This document shows positions 42,141 through 53,500 of a stretch of DNA of 64,000 nt, one piece after another. A program made the translations under genes and the position numbers. The stretch's first letter is position 1. The number at the start of each line of letters is the position of its first letter. The DNA comes from Balanoglossus misakiensis (Eukaryota; Animalia; Hemichordata): positions 7,810,849 through 7,874,848 of the forward strand of contig CM082583.2 in NCBI GenBank assembly GCA_040954595.2, written 5' to 3'. The notes under the pieces are model-generated. The model saw nothing but the letters and a program-made list of their open reading frames with translations. It was not told the DNA's origin and did not search any database.

Positions 42141-44666
42141 CAAAAAAACAACAACCACCAAATATTTATGACACGGAAAATAAACGTACGATACAATGTT
42201 GCTTCGTTAAAGTGGTACTGTCCCCCCAATGCGCATATGCAGCGCTTCAGATACTACAATCGCTCAATGAGTAAATAGTGTCTGGGAAGACGCTGTATTG
42301 AAAAAGTTCACTTTTTGATCTAAAACGTCGACAAGCAATTCAGGTCAAATGCAAACTGTCATCCATACAGGCAGGGGAAGATACTGAAACATCAAATCCG
42401 ATATATCGACATGCACGCATGTTTTTTTTTGTCTGGCACTTAACATGTTTTTTTGGCAGAGTTCTCAAAGAGAGTACAAGATCAGAACACCACTCAACAC
42501 TTCTTGTGGAAAACCAAAGCGTGAGCTTTCACCTCTGCGACTGACGACGTGGTAATTGCGACTCCACGGTGCGCGACGTGCGTTTTTCCAGCTGCGACAC
42601 TTTGACCTGCGACTTCATGTGACAGTTTTTCTCAAAAAATACCCCACGCTTGAACAACCACAGGTGATTTTCTTTCAGTGACTTTTCACTCTTGGTTGCA
42701 TGGAAATGCACGATTGTCACGTTTTTTAAAGATCCCGATCACTGCATTCGACTCGGAACGGAATTTTCTATGTGTGGGTTCTCAACGGTTGTACTTATCA
42801 ACCAACCGAAGCGCATGTAATTTCGCAGACTGTGCGTAAATAAAACAAATCCAGTCTCTAATTAAACATTTAGAATAGAGGTCGATAATGAACAAAACCG
42901 GTAACTTCACTTTTAAGAACGAGGATATACGGCTGTGTACTCTCGTATTGACGAGCCAATTTGAACGGGTTTCATCACAGAGACTGAATTGACGTCGGGA
43001 AGGATTGCTGTGCACTTTTAATGGTCGGGTCCCACTTTTGTGTTTTAGAAGGTCTACAGACGACAGCTCGGTCTTTCATTAGCATCTGGTGATATTAATT
43101 GATTATACACAGACACGTAAGTTCGGTGAGATGATTGCGTGATCTCTGCTTGTCGGATTCTTCATTACTCCATACCTCACAAAGAAGACATTTTCAGTTT
43201 AAGAGTGGCGCAAAATGACGCATTGCGGATCTTAATACATAGGTTTAGTTACACGTAATTACGGGCGATCAGAACGGGCAGCATCTTTGTCACGTGCCAG
43301 ACAACGCGTACGTGTGCAACAAACGACGTTTCCACACGTAGTCGTAATTATGTGTAATATTTTCGGAATCAAAAAATCCGCAATAAAAAGAGATGGCAAT
43401 ACATATACTCTCAATTTCACCGATCGCGCATCCTTAATATTTAAAGTAAACTCACGACGTGTGCAATGAGGCTCTCACGCACCACATCACAGAGGGCGGT
43501 ATGGTCGGAGCTGAAGTTTTCCGTGCTTCACCGCCTTTTCGTGATTTATTGACCTTATTTTAGAGCACTGAATGAAGATGCGCTTTATGAAGTGTTGTAA
43601 TAGGCCATTTTCATGACCCCTGCCAGACATTCACATCCTGGCATTTGTTGGTATGAGTGTGTGTTTGCGTGTACATACGTATGTACGTGCATGTGTGTAT
43701 GAATGCATGTATTCAATGTACATTGAATGTACCATATGTATCTATGCACCTACGTATGTATAATAAAGTCTACGTTTTTTATGTCGCTTGAGCAGTCAGG
43801 GACCATATTTTCCCGGGCGATTTTCTATTGACCGATTTACCGTACAATTACATTAAAGAAATCCGTAATATGGGGCGATTTGAACTTTTAAAACCGTGCA
43901 TATATGAAAGCTCCGGGCAATCACGCAATGAATTGGTTTCCGCATATTATGAAAAAAGAAGAGTTGTCTGCTGCACCCATTCAAGCTGTCTAGACATTAA
44001 TAATTTCTCGGCGATTCCCAATTGGAATTTATACTTTCAGCCTAAACGTGCCGCATTATTGCACAGGAAAAGTGTGCTTTGAGTCTGATGAGTAGACGCA
44101 TTTAGAAGCCTATAGGTGTCTTTTTTATAAAGTGGTGTACTTGCTTCAACTCATCATCGTTAATTCGATTGCACATGCATAGGTGTTTGACTTAAGAGCA
44201 TCAATGGGTTTTTTCAGGCACAGATTTAAACTCACTACCGTCTAATCGGGTTTGTTCAAATTTGCTAATGCACAGGACTCCATCTGGCGATTCACGACTG
44301 TTTCCCGCGGAATCGTACAGCGATTTCTTTCAGGCGTGTCGCAAATCAGCAAAGTATGTACAACACGTCCTTTGCACGTCGATTTGTGTTCCTGTTACGT
44401 TAAGTGCTGGCAACCACGTGTCTCCTTATATGTGAGAGCCTACAGCAAGTGTCCGCACATGCCTAAACAAGTGCTTTTCAAAGTTGGTTCAAAGAAATAT
44501 TGTTCACATGTAAAAGAGCTTGTTTTGCGATGTGATCCAATATGGCTGCCAAATTCTTTGTCATGTTGTTTTATCGTCACGTCCAGATAAATAACCCTAT
44601 AACTATTCAAGACTTAAAATACCAAAGCAGACAGCTCCTATATTTTTTTAACTTAATGTGGGATAA

Positions 44667-45056
44667 TACTCCAACTCAGGGTTACTAGAAGAGATTTGAG
44701 CTCATCTTATGATTCTACAGTAACACTGAAAAATAGATAACATCGTTCAACACAATTTGTACCTTTAAGGAATGGGGAGGGAACGCCGAGATGAGTATTG
44801 GAGATGGTGCGCTGTGATGCATCACGGTTGCTGACGCATTTGCGGAATGTTATAAATAGGTTACTCCTCAAACTCAAGGCTACCATCTAGAAGAGAATTC
44901 TGCTCACCTTGGGATTTTTGAGGTAACGCCGAAAAAGATCATACTTGTTAATGCAATCTATATGTGTGTACCGTAACAACCTCTTGGGACGGCACGCCAG
45001 GATGACTACTCAAGATGGCGCGCTATGATACAGCTCAGTTGCTGACGTATTTTGGA
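44667..45056. repeat. Old two-copy tandem duplication, ~200-bp unit
   Basis: Copy 1 (44667-44846) and copy 2 (44862-45056) share ordered blocks: tactcc, aactca, ctagaagaga, gctca, gtaac, tgtacc, acgcc, gatga, agatgg.gcgct.tgat, gttgctgacg.attt. Confidence 0.85.
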
Positions 45057-46739
45057 GATATAGGCGTGATAAACATCGCTGCACCTACAGGCTGAGCAAC
45101 ATATGCCTTCCATAACCTTTGGGTGTAATGCATTCCTGACTTTATCCCTGCTCTCAATCTGTGTGCTCTGACATCAACTAATGTCCAAGGAACATCAAAG
45201 ACAATATCATTGCCATTTTTATTGCCGAATCCTTATCCGGTACTTCGAGAACAGTGACTCACACGGGAGAACGAGACATTTTAGGGCTTCTGGCCGATTT
45301 TTTTTAAAAGTAGTCCAAACGTGCAGTGAAATAATCCTAAATGGACGCTAACTTTAAGCTAAGGTCATCCACTGGAATCCAGTCGCCCAACCCTTGTACA
45401 TGTAATGATGCGATGAGAAAGGTAATAAATAAGAATGTCCTTACGATGTCCCCATACTTAGTTAGGGAGATAGGACGTTACTTTCATGCACTTTTTCCGA
45501 CGAGTCGCTGACTTGAAGTTCGTAATTGAACTCCCAGCCAATTTAATATCGCAAGGTAATTAGGATATTACGCCGGCTGTTGGCCTCTATTTAAAGTCCG
45601 CAACAAATTCAACGAACGACGTATGTAGTTTTCTTATGCAATCGGGCCTGAACACAAACGCACCGATCTTGTGTCCAGGCAGCGCGCAGCGTCGTGACCG
45701 TTGACTTTTAAGACACTCGTTAGGATGCCCTCTAAGTATAATTGAAATCAGCGAGGCCTAAAAAATACGGGGACTTATTTCTACGAACCAATCTGCTGTC
45801 ATATTCCCTTTCCTCTTTCTGCAATGACGTCAAACGACGAAATGTTAAGTTACAGGAGATACGCGGCGACATTTTTGTTACACAGCAGACTTTCTTTGTC
45901 TGTGGTTGCACTAATATTAATTTGCACAGGAGATTGACATTTGAAAATTTTTCAGCGACTTAGACACACACAGTTACAATATATGAGAAATTATCAGGTT
46001 CAAAGGACCAACCGAAGGCGACGAGCCTTTAAGTATCACACTTCTCTACCTAGACGGTAAAATAGCGTTCATGCGTTCAACACAAATACATCTGCAGACG
46101 CTGCTTGATCAGTCAAACGCACCCAGACGCCATAATTAGTTGACTTTTCACACTGTACCTACAGGCGAGTGCCTATTTGAAAACCGGGGCCATACATAAT
46201 GGGATTCCCTTTAATAAATACGTTCATAGGAAGAAATCTGCAGCTATGCAGGTATTCATAGCGAACATCGTGACATTTGCTGTACCGGTACATACCACTA
46301 GTAGCTGATCATATGATTCTGTCGCACCGTACAAAGTAGCGCTCTTTCCAATAAAAATCGCGTCAGCAAAGTGACACGACAGCTTGTCTTCAAAATAATG
46401 TCGGTCGATGTGTGATCTTTGACCTATGAACATATTTTGTCTTTTAGGAAACCGCCATACTACTGGATAGAAATTTGGGACATCTCTTATCAAAATTGTT
46501 CTGACTTCAAAAAACCCTCCTCATTCATTTCCACTATCTATCTCACATCTTTTGTTTGACTTTGATATTATGCATGATATGGAAAGTACAATCCATCAAA
46601 CGTATACCGCTACCATTCCCCTGAACAAGCTACGTACAATCTGCATGCGCATGGTCAGGGGACAGTTATCAGAGTATAATTTGAGGTACGCACTGAAATG
46701 ATTTTACGGAGTCAGAGTGTTCGCGTGCCCCTTCTAAAA

Positions 46740-47056
46740 CATACCCAACTTTCCCAATAATTCCCGCCCGCTAAACGAAATGACGGAAAAGACACCAATT
46801 TCAAGAAGATGTGTTCCAACAGAAAAAAATATTTCCGGTGAGAAGTGATGCGGGCGCTGTTCAACTAGCAGTTCTTGACGCGTCTTTTTGCCAAGTCACG
46901 TGAGACGCAGTGTTCCGCGCGAAAGTCGCGAGGGTCTCACCTGAGATGAACTTTGACCTTCGACACTCGATTGAGGGCAGTGCAGTTGGTAAGGCTATAG
47001 CAATACGTACATGAACTTCCCCGTTGCGCGTTGATTGTCTATATATAGTAATAATA
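46740..47056 (+). promoter_or_regulatory. Putative promoter/5' region of the epoxide hydrolase gene (E-box, E2F-like site, nuclear-receptor DR1)
   Basis: CpG-rich stretch upstream of ATG 47057 containing gtcacgtga (46895-46903), gcgcgaaa (46917-46924) and tgaactttgacct (46947-46959, reverse complement AGGTCA-A-AGTTCA). Motif function is inferred. Confidence 0.5.
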
Positions 47057-49073
47057 ATGGCCAACGTACTTGTTTCATTGTTGGGATTCTCTGTGCTTTC
47101 CAGCCTGTGCCTCTTTTTTGGCTTCATGGTTTTCCTGAGAACGCTGTGGACCGTCATTCGACATCCAATCCGGTCTCTGAAGGTCAAACCTCGAGACGTT
47201 CCTCCAGCATGCTTGCAAGACGAGAGTCTCGGTAGCCACGCCTACCTCAGGACTAAGGTAATTATGCGCCCGGTTCCCTGAAGCCAAATAAATTACAAGT
47301 TTTGAAGTTGAAAAGTGTTGTGGTACTGGTATTTGGTATAAAACTATAATGCACAACAGTGTCCTATTTTGACATGTTATTATATGTACTCGGCATGGCA
47401 TTAATTTTCTCTATGCTAAAACAGGCGTTGAAACTCCACTATGTTGCCAATGGCGACAGAAGTAAACCACTGATGCTGTTTCTACATGGCTTCCCGGAAT
47501 TCTGGTATTCCTGGCGACATCAACTCCGGGAGTTTTCCAAAGACTACAGGTAAATGCACTGGCTGGGCTGTTGTTTTAATAATATGGTTGCCATGGTACC
47601 AGGGGGGGAAACCCCACGTCTGCAATTGTCATTTGTTTGGCTTTATGTATTAAACATTGGCAGACGGTGGTCTTTTTTTTCCTTTGCAGAGTTGTTGCCA
47701 TTGATTTGAGAGGATATGGGGACTCCGACAAACCAGTAGGAATAAAGGCGTATGCCATGGAAAATCTGACAAGTATGTACATGTATTGTACAACAATAGT
47801 CAACATCTCACTCATATCCCTAGCAATTAAGTATCTTTTTTTCAACATCACACATTCTAGTCAAGTCACTCTGCCTACTGCCTGTGTATATAGGGATAAT
47901 TTATTGACCTAGGCAAGAATTAAACGAAAGTTTGTAACTTTTCAGGTGATATACGCGATGCAATACCGGCCCTGGGGTACAGTTCCTGTGTGTTAGTGTC
48001 GCACGACTGGGGCGGTGGCATAGCATGGCAGTTTGCCATGGAGTATCCGGATCTGGTGGACAAACTGGTTGTCATGAACGCCCCACATCTGTTACGCTAT
48101 CAGGCTTTTGTACGGACAAGTCTGAAGCAGTTATTGATGTCTTGGTGAGAACCATTCACAAGGTTTCACTGTCTCGTGTTGGGATTTTTTTACCAGGATT
48201 TTCATTTGATTTTTAGTGGGAAAAAAAGTGATCCAGCAAAATTAGAGAGGAAAGTCACTTGTTTCCATTATCTCTTTAGGTACGTCCTGTTCTTCCAATT
48301 ACCCTACTTGCCAGAATTTGTCTGCCGGCTATCGGACTACAATTTCATATATTCAGCCTTTTGCAAGCCCCCAATGGGTGTGAAAACCAAAGGAGTGATG
48401 ACGGATGAAGACATAGAGGCTTTCAAGTATAATTTCCAACAGAAAGGTACAAGAATGATTTCCTTCATGTTTTGAAACATACTGGTATGTGCGTTGTTTG
48501 TTTTCAGAACAGCCAATTGCTTCTAGAGAGCAAGTTCTTTTCATGAGACTACAGCATGCTTAGTAGTGGCAATCTATTTAAACCCTTTGGTGTAATTTGG
48601 TTGAGTCCTGTTTTCATTTGTATGGATCAATCCATACTTTTTTTAGGGGGGTATGGGGTGAAAACTTCAAAGATGACTGACAATTATCATTATTGTGAAT
48701 TGAGCTTGTCAGACTGTCTTTACCATTTATCACGAGAAGTGCACCCTTAGCCGAAGTCACTGCATGACTGAAATATTTCATTCACGTTCTTTGTTTTACC
48801 TCAGGAGTAGCAACAGCAGCTATCAATTACTACAGGGCCTTTTTAAGATACCCTCCAAAACAGACGGCCGGAATCCCAGTCATCACGTCACCAACCTTGC
48901 TAGTCTGGGGTGAGGCCGACACAGCTCTGTCCATTGAATTGTCAGAAGGTTTGGAGAAGTACGTCCAGGATATAACTGTGAAGCGGGTCCCAAACGCCAG
49001 TCACTGGGTGCAACAAGACAAGCCACAGGAGGTCAACCAAATCATGCGGGAATTCTTGAAATCTGAAAAATGA
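47057..49073 (+). CDS. EPHX4: Epoxide hydrolase 4-like (EPHX3/EPHX4 family alpha/beta hydrolase), 6 exons, 347 aa
   Basis: Exons 47057-47257, 47425-47549, 47690-47772, 47946-48144, 48280-48446, 48805-49073, all GT-AG, totalling 1044 nt in frame. Motifs: N-terminal hydrophobic anchor, [18 protein letters not shown] (HGFP oxyanion motif), [11 protein letters not shown], nucleophile SHDWGG, lid tyrosines ([15 protein letters not shown]), WGEAD acid residue, and ASHWVQQD catalytic His. Confidence 0.93.
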
Positions 49074-49146
49074 TTTTGAATTCAAGATAAACGATTAAAA
49101 TGATTGAATTTTATAAGGCAGAAAAACATTGTATGAGATATATATT

Positions 49147-49301
49147 TGATACTGATGTCAACACACATCTGAGCTGACAAGGTTGACTTTGTATAACATT
49201 ATGTTTCATCAAATCAAATAAAATTTTGCTTTGATTTGATGAAACATAATGTTATACAAAGTCAACCTTGTCAGCTCAGATGTGTGTTGACATCAGTATC
49301 A
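49147..49301. repeat. Perfect inverted repeat, 72-bp arms with 11-nt spacer, in the epoxide hydrolase 3' UTR
   Basis: 49147-49218 (tgatactgatgtcaacacac...catcaaatcaaa) is the exact reverse complement of 49230-49301. The spacer is taaaattttgc. Confidence 0.97.
49217..49222 (+). terminator. Candidate polyadenylation signal AATAAA for the epoxide hydrolase mRNA
   Basis: First AATAAA seen downstream of stop 49073. It lies at the hairpin loop. Confidence 0.5.
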
Positions 49302-49641
49302 TGAGTTTTGTATCAGCTGAATTGATATCTGTATTAAATCCTAAAAATAGAACTCCAGTGATTTTTGAGAAGGCGCACTTTTCCCTTTTCAAATTTCGGA
49401 AAGAATATACAGGTCAATGCTGACTGGATTATTTTCTATACAAAAGAAGTATCAATGCTTACCTGTGAGGGCGCAATCACACGCATGCGTGTATGTAGTC
49501 ATGTCGTGTTTCTGGTACATCTGGTCGCAAAGAACATTTCCACTGGCCATACGAGACACTGCTTCCATTAGTCCCATTATATTTAGGCACAATCAAATGG
49601 GACCTGAAAATGCTATTCACAAAAATATAATCTTGAGCACT

Positions 49642-49647
49642 TTTATT
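49642..49647 (-). terminator. Candidate polyadenylation signal for NCBP1
   Basis: tttatt on + (AATAAA on -), about 900 nt downstream of the NCBP1 stop codon. Confidence 0.4.
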
Positions 49648-50543
49648 GTGATGTAGTGTAAGGTAACCAACGTTACACGTACATCATCATCATCATCAAC
49701 AATCAATGATTGACACAAAAATGTACACTGATTCCTTCAATGACAGTATTCAAACTGTATCCATATATCACAGATTAAAACAAGTACGAATTAATTGACA
49801 ATAATTGTATTCTTGGGGATAATGCTGAATGCTTTCATCATCTTACAGTTTGAATTTAAGCTAAATTGAAAAAAAAAGATTTCATTACATATAAAGTGCT
49901 CTATTTATGAACAGGTCCATATTTTTTTCTTTGAAAGACCTGTGGTGCTTTTGCCTGGGACACATACCTGAACCAGATTAGCGATGGCTGCACGAAAAAT
50001 ATACTAGGAATAGTCTAAAATTGTTTCCCTCAATACAGATCATAAACAAATACAGAAACTAAGTCGAAACATTCATTCACTGATAAAAATAACCTTACAC
50101 ATTGAAAAAAAAGAATGACACAAATGACATAACATTGAAATTAAAAACTGAATCCAACGCGAGGGAACAGCCAGTTTTTTTCTCATTTACTGTTTTGAAC
50201 TTGCAGATTAATCAAACAGGGATCCAGAATGGCAATGATGAGCAACTTCACAACAGAAACTTCCAACCTACTTAGACTGTTTTTCATCTCAGCTTAATAT
50301 GAAACCTATAATACTCAGGGCACTTTTAGTGACATTGAAACTCACAGATAAAAGAGAGATTACTTTCAGCTGTCACAAGTCCACATGCATTTAAAATATT
50401 CAAGCTCAGCTGTGGTCACACTATACTGACAGTCGTGCCAAACTTCTTGGGCATGTGGTCATTGATAAAGTAACGGTCTTTCCCAACAGTTAAAGCCAGT
50501 GACATTTGTTCTATGACACTGACAACCGGTAACCATGACGATA

Positions 50544-53500
50544 TCACATCGTCAGAGCTCGGAATTGTTGGAACACCTCCAGGATATGTTGATCAATGTC
50601 ACTGGTGAATAACAGGTTTTCCAAAGTGCCGATGTACTTCTCAACTTGCTCGTGATGCTGATGAAAAAGGGGAAAATAAAATGTCCATGTCATAAAGAGG
50701 ACTTTTAGGATGACTACATGATTTTCGAGTAAAAAAACATGACATGAGTACATTTACTTCCATATACTTCCAACGGCTGAGTTTTATACTCACAGAGAGA
50801 AAAACTTGCTGGAGTCGCTCGATGACTTGTTTGTACCAGTGGGTGTTGAAGTCCTGTCCTTCATTTTCGCATTTGACAATGTGCTCAGTTAAGATAATGA
50901 TGAATCTCTGTGAAGGAAAAAACGTGCAATGATCACACTTAGGATGAGAGGTCTTTTTCATTTTGTTACGGTCCAACTGACCCTCATTTTTAAATCTTCA
51001 AGTATGATTTATCCTAAAAAGCTTCATGATTTAGTTAAACTAAATTTAAGCTGTTTCAAGGATTTTTTCTCTCATTTTCCCCCTCCTGGCCAACTGACCA
51101 TCCTGTCAAACAGCAAGTATTGCTCTTACAGATATTACAAGGAAAATTAATCCTATAATGGCCAGCTGTGTCACTGACGATTCTAATACTGTTTCATCGT
51201 CAGACATCACAAAAAGGTGTAGCTATGGCAACACGCTTTATATATCTTAAGCAGCTTCAATTTCTCTGTCTAGTCCTTCATTACCATAGCAACATAAAAT
51301 GTCACTCATTAGACCATGGAAAATTTTAATACGTAGAATGCAGCCTGTGGCTATAGCAACTCAAAACTCTAAGTAGGTAACAATAGTTTTCAAACAGATA
51401 AACCACATTCTCCAGTGGAAAACTTCACAGTAAAAATCAGGAAAATTCGATTGCTACTATACCTGAAATATAATCAAGAAGAGGTTTTTCTGTTCACTCT
51501 GTGCAGTTTCAAGTCTTTCTTGCAACCGTTCAACCTGCTCTTCTGTAGGCATGTCTGTGTCACTGTCTTCACTGTCGCTGCCATGGTCCTGATAGGACAA
51601 TGGCATTAGACAGAGAGAAAAAGAGAGAAAGAAAATAAATAGAGTTTAATACTGGTATGTATTGATATCATGAAGTCAATGCTTCTGACGACATCAATAT
51701 CAAATAATTATACAACAGTTTTCAGCAGCTACAACCCCCTCAAATGATGCATGGACAGAGATAATTACTCTTGACCAATAATGACAGTTCTGGTGTAACT
51801 ATTATTTCTAATGACACAGACAGGCAAGCAAAACAAAACAGCTGGGTATTGTAAATTAGCTCGAACATGCGTGTCTTTATCTGGCATATACAACTACTCC
51901 AATACTGAGATCAATGACTGCCTACTGTTTCCCCCCACTGCAAATTCACCGTTCAGGGTACCATAACAATCGAGGTATACAAGGTCTTTTTCCTAAAAAT
52001 ATCTACTCACCCGTTTGTCCAGTTTTCCCCTGGCTTCTTTTAATTCATTACTTATCTTATTCACGTGCCTGTTCATTTTGCGAATTGTCGAATTCATTAT
52101 TTCCCAGACATAATATCTGAAATAGATTGCATTCACTCCATTTTGAGTTCCTGTGTAGTGCTGTAAGTTGTATGGCTTCACCAGACATGAAACCACACAG
52201 AGCTGGTGAAAAACGGCATGAAAGATGGCTTCACTGAAATTCAGAAACTGTTTTTTTTTTTTTCCTTTGGCAACAAGGCCCTATTAAACAGGAACCAAGG
52301 AAAAATGTCTACTTTCTGCCTTTAAAACAAGAGAGCTGAGCACTTACCTGGTGAAATCTCGAGCCATGTCTTTGGAAAACAACCAGTTGGCCACTGAGGA
52401 ACAATCCACAATCTGAGTTCTTAGCATCTTGTCCACCAAGACTGAAGTCATCTGAAAACAACAACCAAGTGGAATTTAAAGATTTTAATGTCAACAAATA
52501 GGTGAACCTGCACGGGGATTCGACATATGCCATGCCCAATATTGTAAACAAACAGAAACACCTTTTTGTGCACAAAGGATAGTGCATTTTTCTGATCTAC
52601 CAAAATTCAGATAGTGTGTTTCGCATCTAACTCAACTTTACCTGGTGATGATAATACAGTACCAAAAAAACGGCTAATTATAAAAACACTAGTTCGACCC
52701 TTCGCCACTGGTGCATTTTTTACATGTTTTTAAGTTTTTACAGTTATTACCTGGTGATGGTTTTGCCAGATTTCGTACACTTTATTCAGCATGTACATTT
52801 GACTTTCTTCGCTGTCAGCCAAGGCTTTGAAAACTGAATGAAACCTAGTGGGCGGAAGCAGACACACACATGTTTTTTAGCAATATGGAGGAACATGTTT
52901 TTATGCATGTTGCCATGGAGTCTAATAGGTGATGTCTGTATAGGAGCACCAATTCATTTCAGCCACTTACAGTAATAGCCTTCCTGTTGGATTAAGGCCT
53001 TCAGGCATCCGGCATGGACACTTATAAAACTATCAAACTGGTTGGCTTAATCTCAACTGTAGCAGACAAAGGACACAGATCAGAAGTTGTCGGAGAAACT
53101 GGATTATTCCAGAACTAAAGAACCAGTACTCACTTGGCAAGTGCACTGAAGGAGTGACTGAAAGATTTGCTTCCCATATGCAACACTGTCAACACAAAGA
53201 CATCGATTTTCAACGGATTGAAGCTGTTTTCATCTGTTGACAAGAAAAAGAAAATTATCTCAATAGGCTGTATTTTAACAAATTGGCAAATCTTTTCTAC
53301 AAGGAAATAGTGATTTTTAGTCCACAATATAGACACACACACACACACATATGGACAAAAACGACAGACAGAGCGACATATGAAAAACAGACGCCACAAA
53401 TGAAAACTCTTTGTATGCTTTTTGCAAGTTTACGCTTGAGTGGACCAGACTTGAAAAAGTTAAAAAAAAAAACAGAAGACCTACAACAGCACTTATAGAT

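Noticed and set aside
23240-46500. Numerous 60-130 aa ORFs in the intergenic tract
   Set aside because: Many have non-ATG starts, none shows recognisable motifs, and no consistent exon chain links them.
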